Assembly: GCA_017472255.1 (NCBI GenBank)
Contig: JAFUQU010000041.1
Coordinates: forward strand, 154 to 24,153
Source of the DNA: Clostridia bacterium
Lineage (GTDB): Bacteria; Bacillota; Clostridia; Oscillospirales; CAG-272
Length of the DNA stretch: 24,000 bases
Direction: 5' to 3'
A program made the translations under genes and the position numbers. This document shows, one piece after another, positions 14,453-21,606 of the stretch. Below the pieces are notes generated by a model that saw nothing but the letters and a program-made list of their open reading frames with translations, was not told where the DNA came from and searched no databases. The stretch's first letter is position 1. Every line of letters begins with the position of its first letter.

Positions 14453-14481
14453 ATTATACACCATCCGCGCGATTATGTCAA
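14453..14481 (-). promoter_or_regulatory. Consensus sigma-A promoter
   Basis: The minus strand has an exact TTGACA-taatcgcgcggatggtg(17)-TATAAT, starting 20 nt after the blaR1-like stop codon. Confidence 0.7.
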
Positions 14482-14501
14482 GCCCCTGTGCGAAATTTTT
14501 C

Positions 14502-17500
14502 TCACAGCGCATAACCGCCCAGACCGCGCCTCATGTTGCTGACGATCGTCCAGCTGTCGATGCAAAATCCGCCGCCGGAGAGCGGCGTCAGCGTGTAGCG
14601 AGTGGTGCGCGCTTCCATGGTGCAGGATTCGTCGGTGAAGAAGCGAACCGTGACGTAGTACTTCCCGTCCGATTCTTCCTCGCTCAGTACCGAGCTGTAG
14701 ATATAGCTGCCGCCGTGTCCGTCGTGATTGATGGTGCTCTGCTTCGCCAGACCATTCGTCACCGCCTGCCCGAAGTAGCGCTGGCAGTATTCGGCAAATT
14801 GCTTGCCCGTCGTCACCTCGTCGCAGTAGCCCTGACGGCTGAGCCAGCCGAAGAAATCCAGCGCGTTGTGCTGTACAACGTCGATGCTGCCGTCATAGCG
14901 TCCGGTACCGTTCAGCGTAAAGCTTTCCGGATAGGTCGAGCCGCCGTAGCAGGCCGCGAACTGGTACGCCCACTTCCCCGCCTCGGTCACAGGCTTGCTC
15001 CCGAAGCCGAAGTCCAGCGCCAGACCGTTCATGCCGGTGCCCAAAATGATGGAATAGCTCCCCGGCGGAACCAGCGTCACGCCGCTTTTTGTAATCTCCA
15101 CCTCCAGCGTCAGGCTGGACAGATACTGCTCCCGCATATTGGTCCGCAGAATCCGATAGCCGCCAAACTCCATGCTCTCCCATTCGGCGTAGGTTCCCTC
15201 CTCCACGCCGATCAGCTCCTCCAGCGCGGAGACATCGTTGGTAAGGAAGGCGCACAGCCCCCTGTAAACGGTATTTTCCCCGTAATCCTTCCATCCCAGC
15301 TTGGCGAAATCCGCGATGTCGTCCACCGAAACCGGGTCGTCGATGCCGGGATAGTCGATTTCACTGACGTGAAAATCCGAGAAATAGTCGCCCCGGTTCC
15401 AATCGCCCAGCCCGTAGATTCGGTAGGCGGAGAGATAGGCGTCCTCGGTGGTCAGCGTGTAGGTGACCCGGAAGTTCAGCTCGTTGCGCAGCTCGTAGTC
15501 CACGCTCAGCGCGCCGTCCGCCAGATGCTCCGCCGCGTAGCCCGCCGTGTCCAATGCGCCCAGCAGTGCGGCGAGCGTGTCTTCGTCCCGCAGAACGATG
15601 TCGATGTCCTTCTGGTCGTCGTGGAGCGTCACAGTCCCATCCGATTCCGTCACCGTCAGCTGGGCGTCCTTCCAGACTCTGGACGCTTCGCCCACCGTCC
15701 AAGTCGCGCCGTCATCCTCGGATACCCAGGTCAGCGAAGTATAGTTAGCGCAGGTCATCGACAGGCAGAGCCGCCCGTCCTCCTCCCGCCAAAGCGACTG
15801 CACATAAGCAGTTCCCTCGTCGTACAGGCGTTCCGGAACCGTCAGCTCCAGCCAGCGCCAGGTTTTCCCGTCCGACGTAAACTGAATCAGCGGCGTGTCC
15901 GGCGGGTCGGCAAAGGAATGGAAGGTCAGCATCCCCGTCGTTTCATCGGCAAAGGCGACGATTTCCAGATAGTTGTGCATCGCCATGGCGGGACGCGCCG
16001 GATCGTCGGTCTTTACCCAGCTTATGCCGCCGTCGCTGGTCATGTAAACTTCGGTGCGCACCAGCCAGCTTTGGAGCACCAACGCCCCCGCGCTGTCCGA
16101 AATCTGCACGAAATGCACGTTCGCGCCCGTTTCCAGCAGGCTCGCGGCAAGGTAGGCGTCCTCGTCCTCCGGCCAATGCTCCACCGGATTTCGCGGCACA
16201 CTGGTGAACAGACAGTCCCCGTCAATTTCGCCGTCGCCCAGACTGCCGGGCAAACCCTCGATTTCGCTGAAGCGCAGCTCGTGATCGCAGGTGACGCTGA
16301 CATCGTCCGGAATGGCGTCCGGCGCGATGTAAAGCACGCCCTCGGGAATGGCATAGCTGTCCCCGTCGCCGGTGTATTTCAGAAGCATCCGCCCGTCGGC
16401 GGTGAGAATCGCGTCGCCGGTATCGATGAAGGTTCGCTTCTGCCCCACCGAGCAGGCGAAAACCGTTCCCAGCGACAGGCAGATCAGCACGATCGACACG
16501 ATTAATATCCGCCCGCTCCGCTTTTTCGACCCGTCCAGAATCCAGGCAAAGCGCGCCTTGACCGCGTTTTTGCGTGGGTTGAAGTGGGTGGTCAGGGACG
16601 CGGGAGCGCGAGGTGACTTCGCCCGTTTGATCATCGCCAGAAGCGCTTGACCATAGCTGCCCCGCACTTCGCCGGACATTCCCGCCAGCACCATCTCGTC
16701 GCAGGAAAGTTCGCAGGTCTCCTGCGCCCTCGACGCAGCCAGATGCACCAGCGGGTTGTACCAGTGCAGCCCCTGCGCCAGCGTAATCAGCGTTTTCCAG
16801 AAAAGATCATGCCGGCGGTGGTGGCAAAGCTCGTGGGCCAGTACCACGGTCAGCGTAGAATCGCTCATTTCGGCGGCGTAAGCCGGCAGAATCAGCCGGG
16901 GGCGTATCAATCCGCAGAGCATGGGGCTTGCCGTGGCGTCGGAAACGAACAGGCGGGGCGGGCGCTTCACGCTCTGCGCCGCGCAGAAGCGGGCGTAGAG
17001 GGATTTCAGCCGATCGTCGGTGGCGCGGGGCTTTAATTTTGCCGCCCAGAGCGCGTATCCGCCGAACCGCCAGATCAGGAATCCCGCCGCTCCCGTCAGC
17101 CACGCCGCCGCAGCGATGTTCAGCAGGTCGTCGGTGTCAATGGAAAGACTGCGCCGGACAGGTTCGGCAGAGGGCGTTTCGATGGGCGTGGTTTCCGTCG
17201 GCGCGGATGTCTCTACCGGCTCGGTTTCGATTGATTCGGCTTCGGTCGGCTCGGTTCCAATGGGCGGCGCGGCAGGCTCGGAGCGCGTCACCTGAACGGA
17301 GGCGGGCAGCTCCACGCGGATGGGAGCGTAGGACCCGCTGTCCGCCGACGCGGGCAGTAATTCCGTCAGTCCCAGCGGCAGCAGAAGGCGAAATGCCAGC
17401 ACCAGCCAGAGAAGATACCCGCACCTCGCCGAAAACCGCCGCCCCACCAGCCGTTCGACCAGCAGCAGCGCCAGCGCGCAGATACTTACCAGCGCGGAAA

Positions 17501-17531
17501 TGCCTAAATATTGTAAGAAAAGATTGCCCAT
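14502..17531 (-). CDS. BlaR1/MecR1-family M56 membrane metalloprotease sensor with a large non-PBP extracellular domain
   Basis: The zinc motif is AHELCHHRRHD, set in the typical M56 N-terminal membrane topology. The C-terminal ~650 aa carry Asp-box-like motifs (SEDDGATW, TSDGGISW, TSDGKTW) rather than a penicillin-binding fold. Confidence 0.85.
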   Translation of the reverse strand: MGNLFLQYLGISALVSICALALLLVERLVGRRFSARCGYLLWLVLAFRLLLPLGLTELLPASADSGSYAPIRVELPASVQVTRSEPAAPPIGTEPTEAESIETEPVETSAPTETTPIETPSAEPVRRSLSIDTDDLLNIAAAAWLTGAAGFLIWRFGGYALWAAKLKPRATDDRLKSLYARFCAAQSVKRPPRLFVSDATASPMLCGLIRPRLILPAYAAEMSDSTLTVVLAHELCHHRRHDLFWKTLITLAQGLHWYNPLVHLAASRAQETCELSCDEMVLAGMSGEVRGSYGQALLAMIKRAKSPRAPASLTTHFNPRKNAVKARFAWILDGSKKRSGRILIVSIVLICLSLGTVFACSVGQKRTFIDTGDAILTADGRMLLKYTGDGDSYAIPEGVLYIAPDAIPDDVSVTCDHELRFSEIEGLPGSLGDGEIDGDCLFTSVPRNPVEHWPEDEDAYLAASLLETGANVHFVQISDSAGALVLQSWLVRTEVYMTSDGGISWVKTDDPARPAMAMHNYLEIVAFADETTGMLTFHSFADPPDTPLIQFTSDGKTWRWLELTVPERLYDEGTAYVQSLWREEDGRLCLSMTCANYTSLTWVSEDDGATWTVGEASRVWKDAQLTVTESDGTVTLHDDQKDIDIVLRDEDTLAALLGALDTAGYAAEHLADGALSVDYELRNELNFRVTYTLTTEDAYLSAYRIYGLGDWNRGDYFSDFHVSEIDYPGIDDPVSVDDIADFAKLGWKDYGENTVYRGLCAFLTNDVSALEELIGVEEGTYAEWESMEFGGYRILRTNMREQYLSSLTLEVEITKSGVTLVPPGSYSIILGTGMNGLALDFGFGSKPVTEAGKWAYQFAACYGGSTYPESFTLNGTGRYDGSIDVVQHNALDFFGWLSRQGYCDEVTTGKQFAEYCQRYFGQAVTNGLAKQSTINHDGHGGSYIYSSVLSEEESDGKYYVTVRFFTDESCTMEARTTRYTLTPLSGGGFCIDSWTIVSNMRRGLGGYAL

Positions 17532-17533
17532 AG

Positions 17534-18001
17534 CTACTCCTTGTTTTTGCGATTGTGAAGCATTTCCTCCAGCTCGGCGATGTCCTCATCCCCCAGCTCG
17601 TCGCTGTCGATAAGGGACGCCACCAGCTTCTTCCACGAACCCCGGCAGACCCGCTCCACGAAGCTGTGTGAGGCGAAGCGCCGGTAATCCTCCTCGCCGA
17701 TGAGCGGGCGGTAAACCTTGCGCGGGTTGGGCGCGGGGGAATCCTCCCGCTCCATTTCGAGAAAGCCGCGCCCGGTCAGGCGCTCCAGCAAGGTATGCAG
17801 CGTTGCCTTGCACCGCCGCGTTGCCTTGCACCGCCGCGTTGCTTTGCACTGCCGCGTTGCCTTGCACTGCTGCGCTGCATTTGTCTTGATCGCGTCGAAT
17901 TGCCATTGGTCGTAAATTTCCGCCACGGTGATGGGCGGCGTGCAGTGCCAGACGATCATCATGACCTCCAGCTCAGCGTCGGGCAGATGTGGGATATTCA
18001 T
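17534..18001 (-). CDS. BlaI/MecI/CopY-family winged-helix repressor with an internal hexapeptide repeat
   Basis: The N-terminus is LPDAELEVMMIVW...ITVAEIYDQW, and the motif LHTLLERLTGRGFL is present. The gene is translationally adjacent to the M56 sensor gene. Confidence 0.85.
   Translation of the reverse strand: MNIPHLPDAELEVMMIVWHCTPPITVAEIYDQWQFDAIKTNAAQQCKATRQCKATRRCKATRRCKATLHTLLERLTGRGFLEMEREDSPAPNPRKVYRPLIGEEDYRRFASHSFVERVCRGSWKKLVASLIDSDELGDEDIAELEEMLHNRKNKE
17801..17872 (-). repeat. 18-bp in-frame tandem repeat, 4 copies, inside blaI-like gene
   Basis: The plus-strand units are cgttgccttgcaccgccg x2, cgttgctttgcactgccg and cgttgccttgcactgctg. They encode (C)KATR(Q/R) repeats just N-terminal to the recognition-helix region. 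Confidence 0.9.
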
Positions 18002-18024
18002 GGGGTGTCCTCCTTGGGTTATAC

Positions 18025-18042
18025 TATAGACGTTTGTCTATA
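18025..18042. promoter_or_regulatory. Operator O1, perfect dyad
   Basis: TATAGAC-GTTT-GTCTATA lies between the -10 element and the RBS of the blaI-like gene. Confidence 0.55.
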
Positions 18043-18045
18043 CCC

Positions 18046-18074
18046 ATTATAACATAGGTATAGACGTTTGTCAA
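18046..18074 (-). promoter_or_regulatory. Consensus sigma-A promoter of the blaI/blaR1-like operon
   Basis: The minus strand has an exact TTGACA-aacgtctatacctatgt(17)-TATAAT. RBS AAGGAGG lies downstream. Confidence 0.7.
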
Positions 18075-18076
18075 TA
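18059..18076. promoter_or_regulatory. Operator O2, near-perfect copy of O1 overlapping the -35
   Basis: TATAGAC-GTTT-GTCAATA. Its centre lies 34 bp from the centre of O1. Confidence 0.55.
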
Positions 18077-18117
18077 GGCGCGGGAAAATTTTTTCACGGA
18101 ACTTTTTCGCCGTCCCC

Positions 18118-18146
18118 TTGACATCGGAGCGGGTTTTTGCTATCAT
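18118..18146 (+). promoter_or_regulatory. Sigma-A promoter of the deacetylase gene
   Basis: TTGACA-N17-TATCAT. Confidence 0.55.
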
Positions 18147-18213
18147 AATAGAAAGTGCAGGAAGTGTCAGAAGCCTGCGAGGATATACGAATTTTACGAC
18201 AAGGAGAAAAATC

Positions 18214-18870
18214 ATGAACAAAAAAATGCTGACGTTCAGCTTTGACGACGGCGTGACGGAGGATCGCCGTCTGGCGGCGTTGTTTGACAAATACGGGCTG
18301 AAGGCTACCTTCAACCTGAACTCCGGACGTTTCGGCAATGGTCGATACGTCACCGCCGACGAGGTGCGGGAGCTGTACAAAAACCACGAGGTGGCGGTGC
18401 ATACGGTGACGCACGCGGCGCTGGCTTCGCTGACGCCGGACGAGGTCGTCAGTCAGGTGGAGGACGATCGGGCGGCGCTGGAGGCGCTGGTGGGATACCC
18501 GGTGGTGGGTATGGCTTATCCGGGCGTGCGGGGCTATCCGCTGTACACCCGCGAGGTGATGGACATCGTCCGCACCCGCACTGCCGTTCGCTACGCCCGC
18601 ACGACCACCCACACGGACAGCTTCGATCTGCCGGAGAATCTTTTGGAGCTGAAGCCTACCACCCACTTCAATCAGGATCCAGCCCACCTGATGGAGCTTG
18701 CCGACCGCTTCATCGCCCTTGAAACCGAACAGCCCGCGCTGTTCTACGTCTGGGGACACGCCTACGAGCTGCGCACGGAGGAGGATTGGACGACCTTCGA
18801 GCGCTTCTGCGAAAAAATCGCCGGACGGGAGGATATCTTCTACGGCACCAACCGCGAGGTGCTATTATAG
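18214..18870 (+). CDS. Polysaccharide deacetylase (NodB/CE4 family)
   Basis: RBS AAGGAG. Motifs FSFDDG and HTVTH are present. The ATG at 18214 is preferred to the ORF-track start at 18118, which overlaps the promoter. Confidence 0.85.
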   Translation: MNKKMLTFSFDDGVTEDRRLAALFDKYGLKATFNLNSGRFGNGRYVTADEVRELYKNHEVAVHTVTHAALASLTPDEVVSQVEDDRAALEALVGYPVVGMAYPGVRGYPLYTREVMDIVRTRTAVRYARTTTHTDSFDLPENLLELKPTTHFNQDPAHLMELADRFIALETEQPALFYVWGHAYELRTEEDWTTFERFCEKIAGREDIFYGTNREVLL

Positions 18871-18878
18871 AATCAAAC

Positions 18879-18908
18879 GAGGCTGTTGCACTAAGGTGCA
18901 ACAGCCTC
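18879..18908. terminator. Hairpin terminator in a convergent intergenic region (first of four hairpins)
   Basis: A 13-bp stem gaggctgttgcac/gtgcaacagcctc has loop taag. Further hairpins lie at 18943-18967, 18979-18994 and 18996-19030. Confidence 0.55.
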
Positions 18909-19036
18909 AATAAAATACATCTTGTCGCCATCGAGGGCTCCATTTTTGTGTGCTATGCACACAAAAACCGATGTATTTGGGCGCATACGCGCCCCGGAGC
19001 TGTCACAAGTTTTCAACTTGCAACAGCTCCGTTCGC

Positions 19037-20365
19037 TTATTCTTCCCTCTTTCGATGCGTCACGACCAGCACCACGCCGCCGGCGATGACAACAGCCGCC
19101 GCGATGAGGATGGGAACTCCCACGCCCCAGCGGCTGCTTTTTTTCGGATTCACCGATGTGCTGAGGGTGAAGGTCAGTTCGCCTTCGGGCAGACCGTCCA
19201 GCGTCAGCGTATAGCCCGCGTCGGTTTTTTCGAACCCGCCGGGCTGACTTTCGGTCATGTAGTACGGCGTATTGACGATAATTTCCAGCCCGCCGAAATC
19301 CGCCCAGCTTTTCGCCGGGGACAGCAGGTAGGTGTAACCGTAGATCGTCGGCTCCCAAAGCGAGTTGATGGAGGGATACAGGGGCGCGGTGACGGTGTTG
19401 TTGGCCTGTTCGCCCGCGCCGACGGTCAGCTCGTATTCGTACCAGCGAAGCAGCGACCGGGAAATGTCCAGCTCTGTTCGGAACAGCACGCCGCACTCAA
19501 TCTGCTCATGATTCAGCATGGCGACGACGGCGTTGTACCAATCGTGCTCCAGCACGCCGGAGGATGGGTCGTAATCCCGCATGGCAAGCTGGCGGAAGGT
19601 CATTTCCTTCGTTTGGGTCAGCGTCATGTCGGCGGTGATTTCGGTTTCAAGGCTCTTGTCCGCGAAGAAGCGCCAGACGGTATCCTCCGGCAGCACGCCG
19701 ATAACGTAGACGGTGAACAGCTTGTCAAAGCCGGTACTGAAGCGAATCACGATATCCTTTTCCCGGGTGGTATAGCCGGTCAGGTTCTCGCAGAGAAGGC
19801 GCGTGTTGTTGTCCGTCCATGTGGTGAAGACGCTGGATTCTTCCGTGCCGCCAAGCTTCCAGGTGTACGTGGTGACGGGCGTGTCAGGGGCGTAGAAGGC
19901 GTCCTCCACATAGCCGTCGATGAGCAGCGGAAGGTCGGTTTCCAGCTGGAAATCGCTGTAGGATTCGGAGTAGGTATGCCGCAGGGTGTGGGGCACTTCC
20001 CCGCCGTTCACGGTGATGCCGTAGCTTTCGGAGAGGGCGTCCATTCCATAGTCGGGCAGCTTGCCGAAGGGGAACGCCAGCGTGGCGGTTACGTCGTAAT
20101 CGGCGGGAGTATAGAAGGTGTATTCCGCCCGCACGCTGCCGGAATAGGTCAGCCATTTGTCCTCGTCCGAGTAATGGTTGGACGGAAATTCCTGCGCATC
20201 GAAGGTCAGCCGTTCGTGCGATACTTCCAGCGGGCAGGCTTCATCGGTGATGATGGTGCCGTTCGCCCGGACGCCGCTCCAGTGCATCTGGGCGGAGTTT
20301 GCGCTGACGGGCAGCGCGCATAACGCGAGGCAGACGGCGATGATCGGGATGGATTTGACTTTCAT
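19037..20365 (-). CDS. Secreted, membrane-anchored surface protein of unknown function (442 aa)
   Basis: RBS GGAGGTG precedes the ATG at 20365. The signal peptide is MKVKSIPIIAVCLALCALPVSANS. A C-terminal TM helix is followed by a basic tail (VVLVVTHRKREE). Confidence 0.75.
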   Translation of the reverse strand: MKVKSIPIIAVCLALCALPVSANSAQMHWSGVRANGTIITDEACPLEVSHERLTFDAQEFPSNHYSDEDKWLTYSGSVRAEYTFYTPADYDVTATLAFPFGKLPDYGMDALSESYGITVNGGEVPHTLRHTYSESYSDFQLETDLPLLIDGYVEDAFYAPDTPVTTYTWKLGGTEESSVFTTWTDNNTRLLCENLTGYTTREKDIVIRFSTGFDKLFTVYVIGVLPEDTVWRFFADKSLETEITADMTLTQTKEMTFRQLAMRDYDPSSGVLEHDWYNAVVAMLNHEQIECGVLFRTELDISRSLLRWYEYELTVGAGEQANNTVTAPLYPSINSLWEPTIYGYTYLLSPAKSWADFGGLEIIVNTPYYMTESQPGGFEKTDAGYTLTLDGLPEGELTFTLSTSVNPKKSSRWGVGVPILIAAAVVIAGGVVLVVTHRKREE

Positions 20366-20395
20366 GGGAAGCACCTCCATAGGTTTGATGATATA

Positions 20396-20424
20396 ATTAT
20401 ACCATAATCGTCTGAATTTGTCAA
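20396..20424 (-). promoter_or_regulatory. Consensus sigma-A promoter of the surface-protein gene
   Basis: The minus strand has an exact TTGACA-aattcagacgattatgg(17)-TATAAT. Confidence 0.7.
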
Positions 20425-20460
20425 GTTTTTTTGTGCAATGAATAAAATCGGCGATCGCTC

Positions 20461-20489
20461 TTGCAAAAGCGCGGCGTTTATGGTACAAT
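20461..20489 (+). promoter_or_regulatory. Candidate promoter upstream of spoVT
   Basis: TTGCAA-N17-TACAAT. No convincing sigma-G/F type element was recognised closer to the gene. Confidence 0.35.
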
Positions 20490-20613
20490 AATATCGCTGC
20501 GCGCGCAATCTTGTTTGGCGCGCAAGTATAATCTCACAGAATTCGCACAGAATAATTACGCAGCCTGAATTTGCAAACCGGCTCAAATCTATCCCAAGGA
20601 GATTATACTATAT

Positions 20614-21159
20614 ATGAAAGCAACTGGAATCGTGCGCCGCATCGACGATCTCGGTCGTGTGGTCATTCCCAAGGAAATCCGCCGCACCATGCGCATCCGC
20701 GAGGGCGACCCCCTCGAAATTTTCACCGACCGGGAGGGCGAAGTTATCTTCAAGAAATATTCGCCCATCGGCGAGCTGAACAGCTTCGCCGCGCAGTACG
20801 CCGAGACCCTGCATAAGATTGCGGGGATGGCGGTGGTTATCTGCGACCGGGACGCGGTCATCGCCTGCGCGGGACTGCCCAAGAAGGATTATCTGGAAAA
20901 GAAGCTCTCCCCCGAGCTGGAGGAGATTGCCGAGGGGCGGAACGTCTACCACTTCCTGGACGGCTCCAACCCGGTGCGCATCACCGCCGAAGCAACTTCC
21001 GCCGCCGTATCCTGCGCGATGCCCATTGTGGCGGACGGCGATCTGATCGGCTGCGTGGCCTCGGTTCACACCCCCGACGCCGAGCCTGCCGACGGCGACG
21101 TGGAAACCAAGCTGGTCTGCACCGCCGCCGCGTTTCTTGCCAAACAGATCGAGGCGTAA
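20614..21159 (+). CDS. spoVT: Stage V sporulation protein T (AbrB-type N-terminal domain plus GAF-like domain)
   Basis: The N-terminus MKATGIVRRIDDLGRVVIPKEIRRTMRIREGDPLEIF...KKYSP is nearly identical to Bacillus SpoVT. The length is 181 aa. Confidence 0.92.
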   Translation: MKATGIVRRIDDLGRVVIPKEIRRTMRIREGDPLEIFTDREGEVIFKKYSPIGELNSFAAQYAETLHKIAGMAVVICDRDAVIACAGLPKKDYLEKKLSPELEEIAEGRNVYHFLDGSNPVRITAEATSAAVSCAMPIVADGDLIGCVASVHTPDAEPADGDVETKLVCTAAAFLAKQIEA

Positions 21160-21288
21160 TTGCACATGAGACCGCACGCGTTCATCGGACCGCACGCGTT
21201 CACGAGACCGCATTACGGTCTCGTGTACATAAAAATGGTGCATCAATTCCGCATATCCGGGCAAAATAACCCCGGAAGGAGGGATCGT

Positions 21289-21546
21289 ATGCCCAACAAG
21301 AAACCTGCACGGCCGGTGGTGTCGATTCTGCGTTCGGCGCGGGACGAATACCTGTCGCCGCTGGTCAATCCGGAGGAATACCCTGCCACCGACGCTTTTC
21401 TCACCAGCCGGGTGGCATCCGCCAACGACTGCACCGGCATCGCCGTCACCGTTCCCACGGATGAGGAAACCGCCGCCGATGTGGCAGATCTTTCGGCAAA
21501 CACCGGGCGCGCGCCTGTTACGCCGCCGGATGCGCCGACAAAATAA
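21289..21546 (+). CDS. Hypothetical protein (85 aa)
   Basis: The strong RBS GGAAGGAGGG precedes the ATG at 21289. No family was recognised. Confidence 0.5.
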   Translation: MPNKKPARPVVSILRSARDEYLSPLVNPEEYPATDAFLTSRVASANDCTGIAVTVPTDEETAADVADLSANTGRAPVTPPDAPTK

Positions 21547-21606
21547 CAATATGGGATTGGGGCGAGCCTCAATCCCAGTGCTATACGAACAGAGGTTGGA
21601 AATATT

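Noticed and set aside
14475-16505. 676-aa plus-strand ORF overlapping the BlaR1-like gene.
   Set aside because: This is an antisense shadow. Its composition is dominated by R/A/G/V/P and it has no motifs. The minus-strand ORF carries the HExxH M56 signature and is translationally linked to the blaI-like gene.
10086-17872. The short tandem repeats (10086-10134 and 17801-17872) as CRISPR-like arrays.
   Set aside because: The units are contiguous 18-mers without spacers. They lie in frame inside ORFs and no cas genes are present. They are coding minisatellites.
18950-20323. 457-aa plus-strand ORF opposite the surface-protein gene.
   Set aside because: This is a shadow ORF with a skewed R/G/V/A composition and no RBS. 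The minus-strand ORF has a promoter, an RBS, a signal peptide and a C-terminal anchor.
21160-21288. N-terminal extension of the ORF downstream of spoVT (128-aa version).
   Set aside because: The extension translates the repeat and hairpin region (MHMRPHAFIGPHAFTRPH) and lacks an RBS. The ATG at 21289 follows GGAAGGAGGG.
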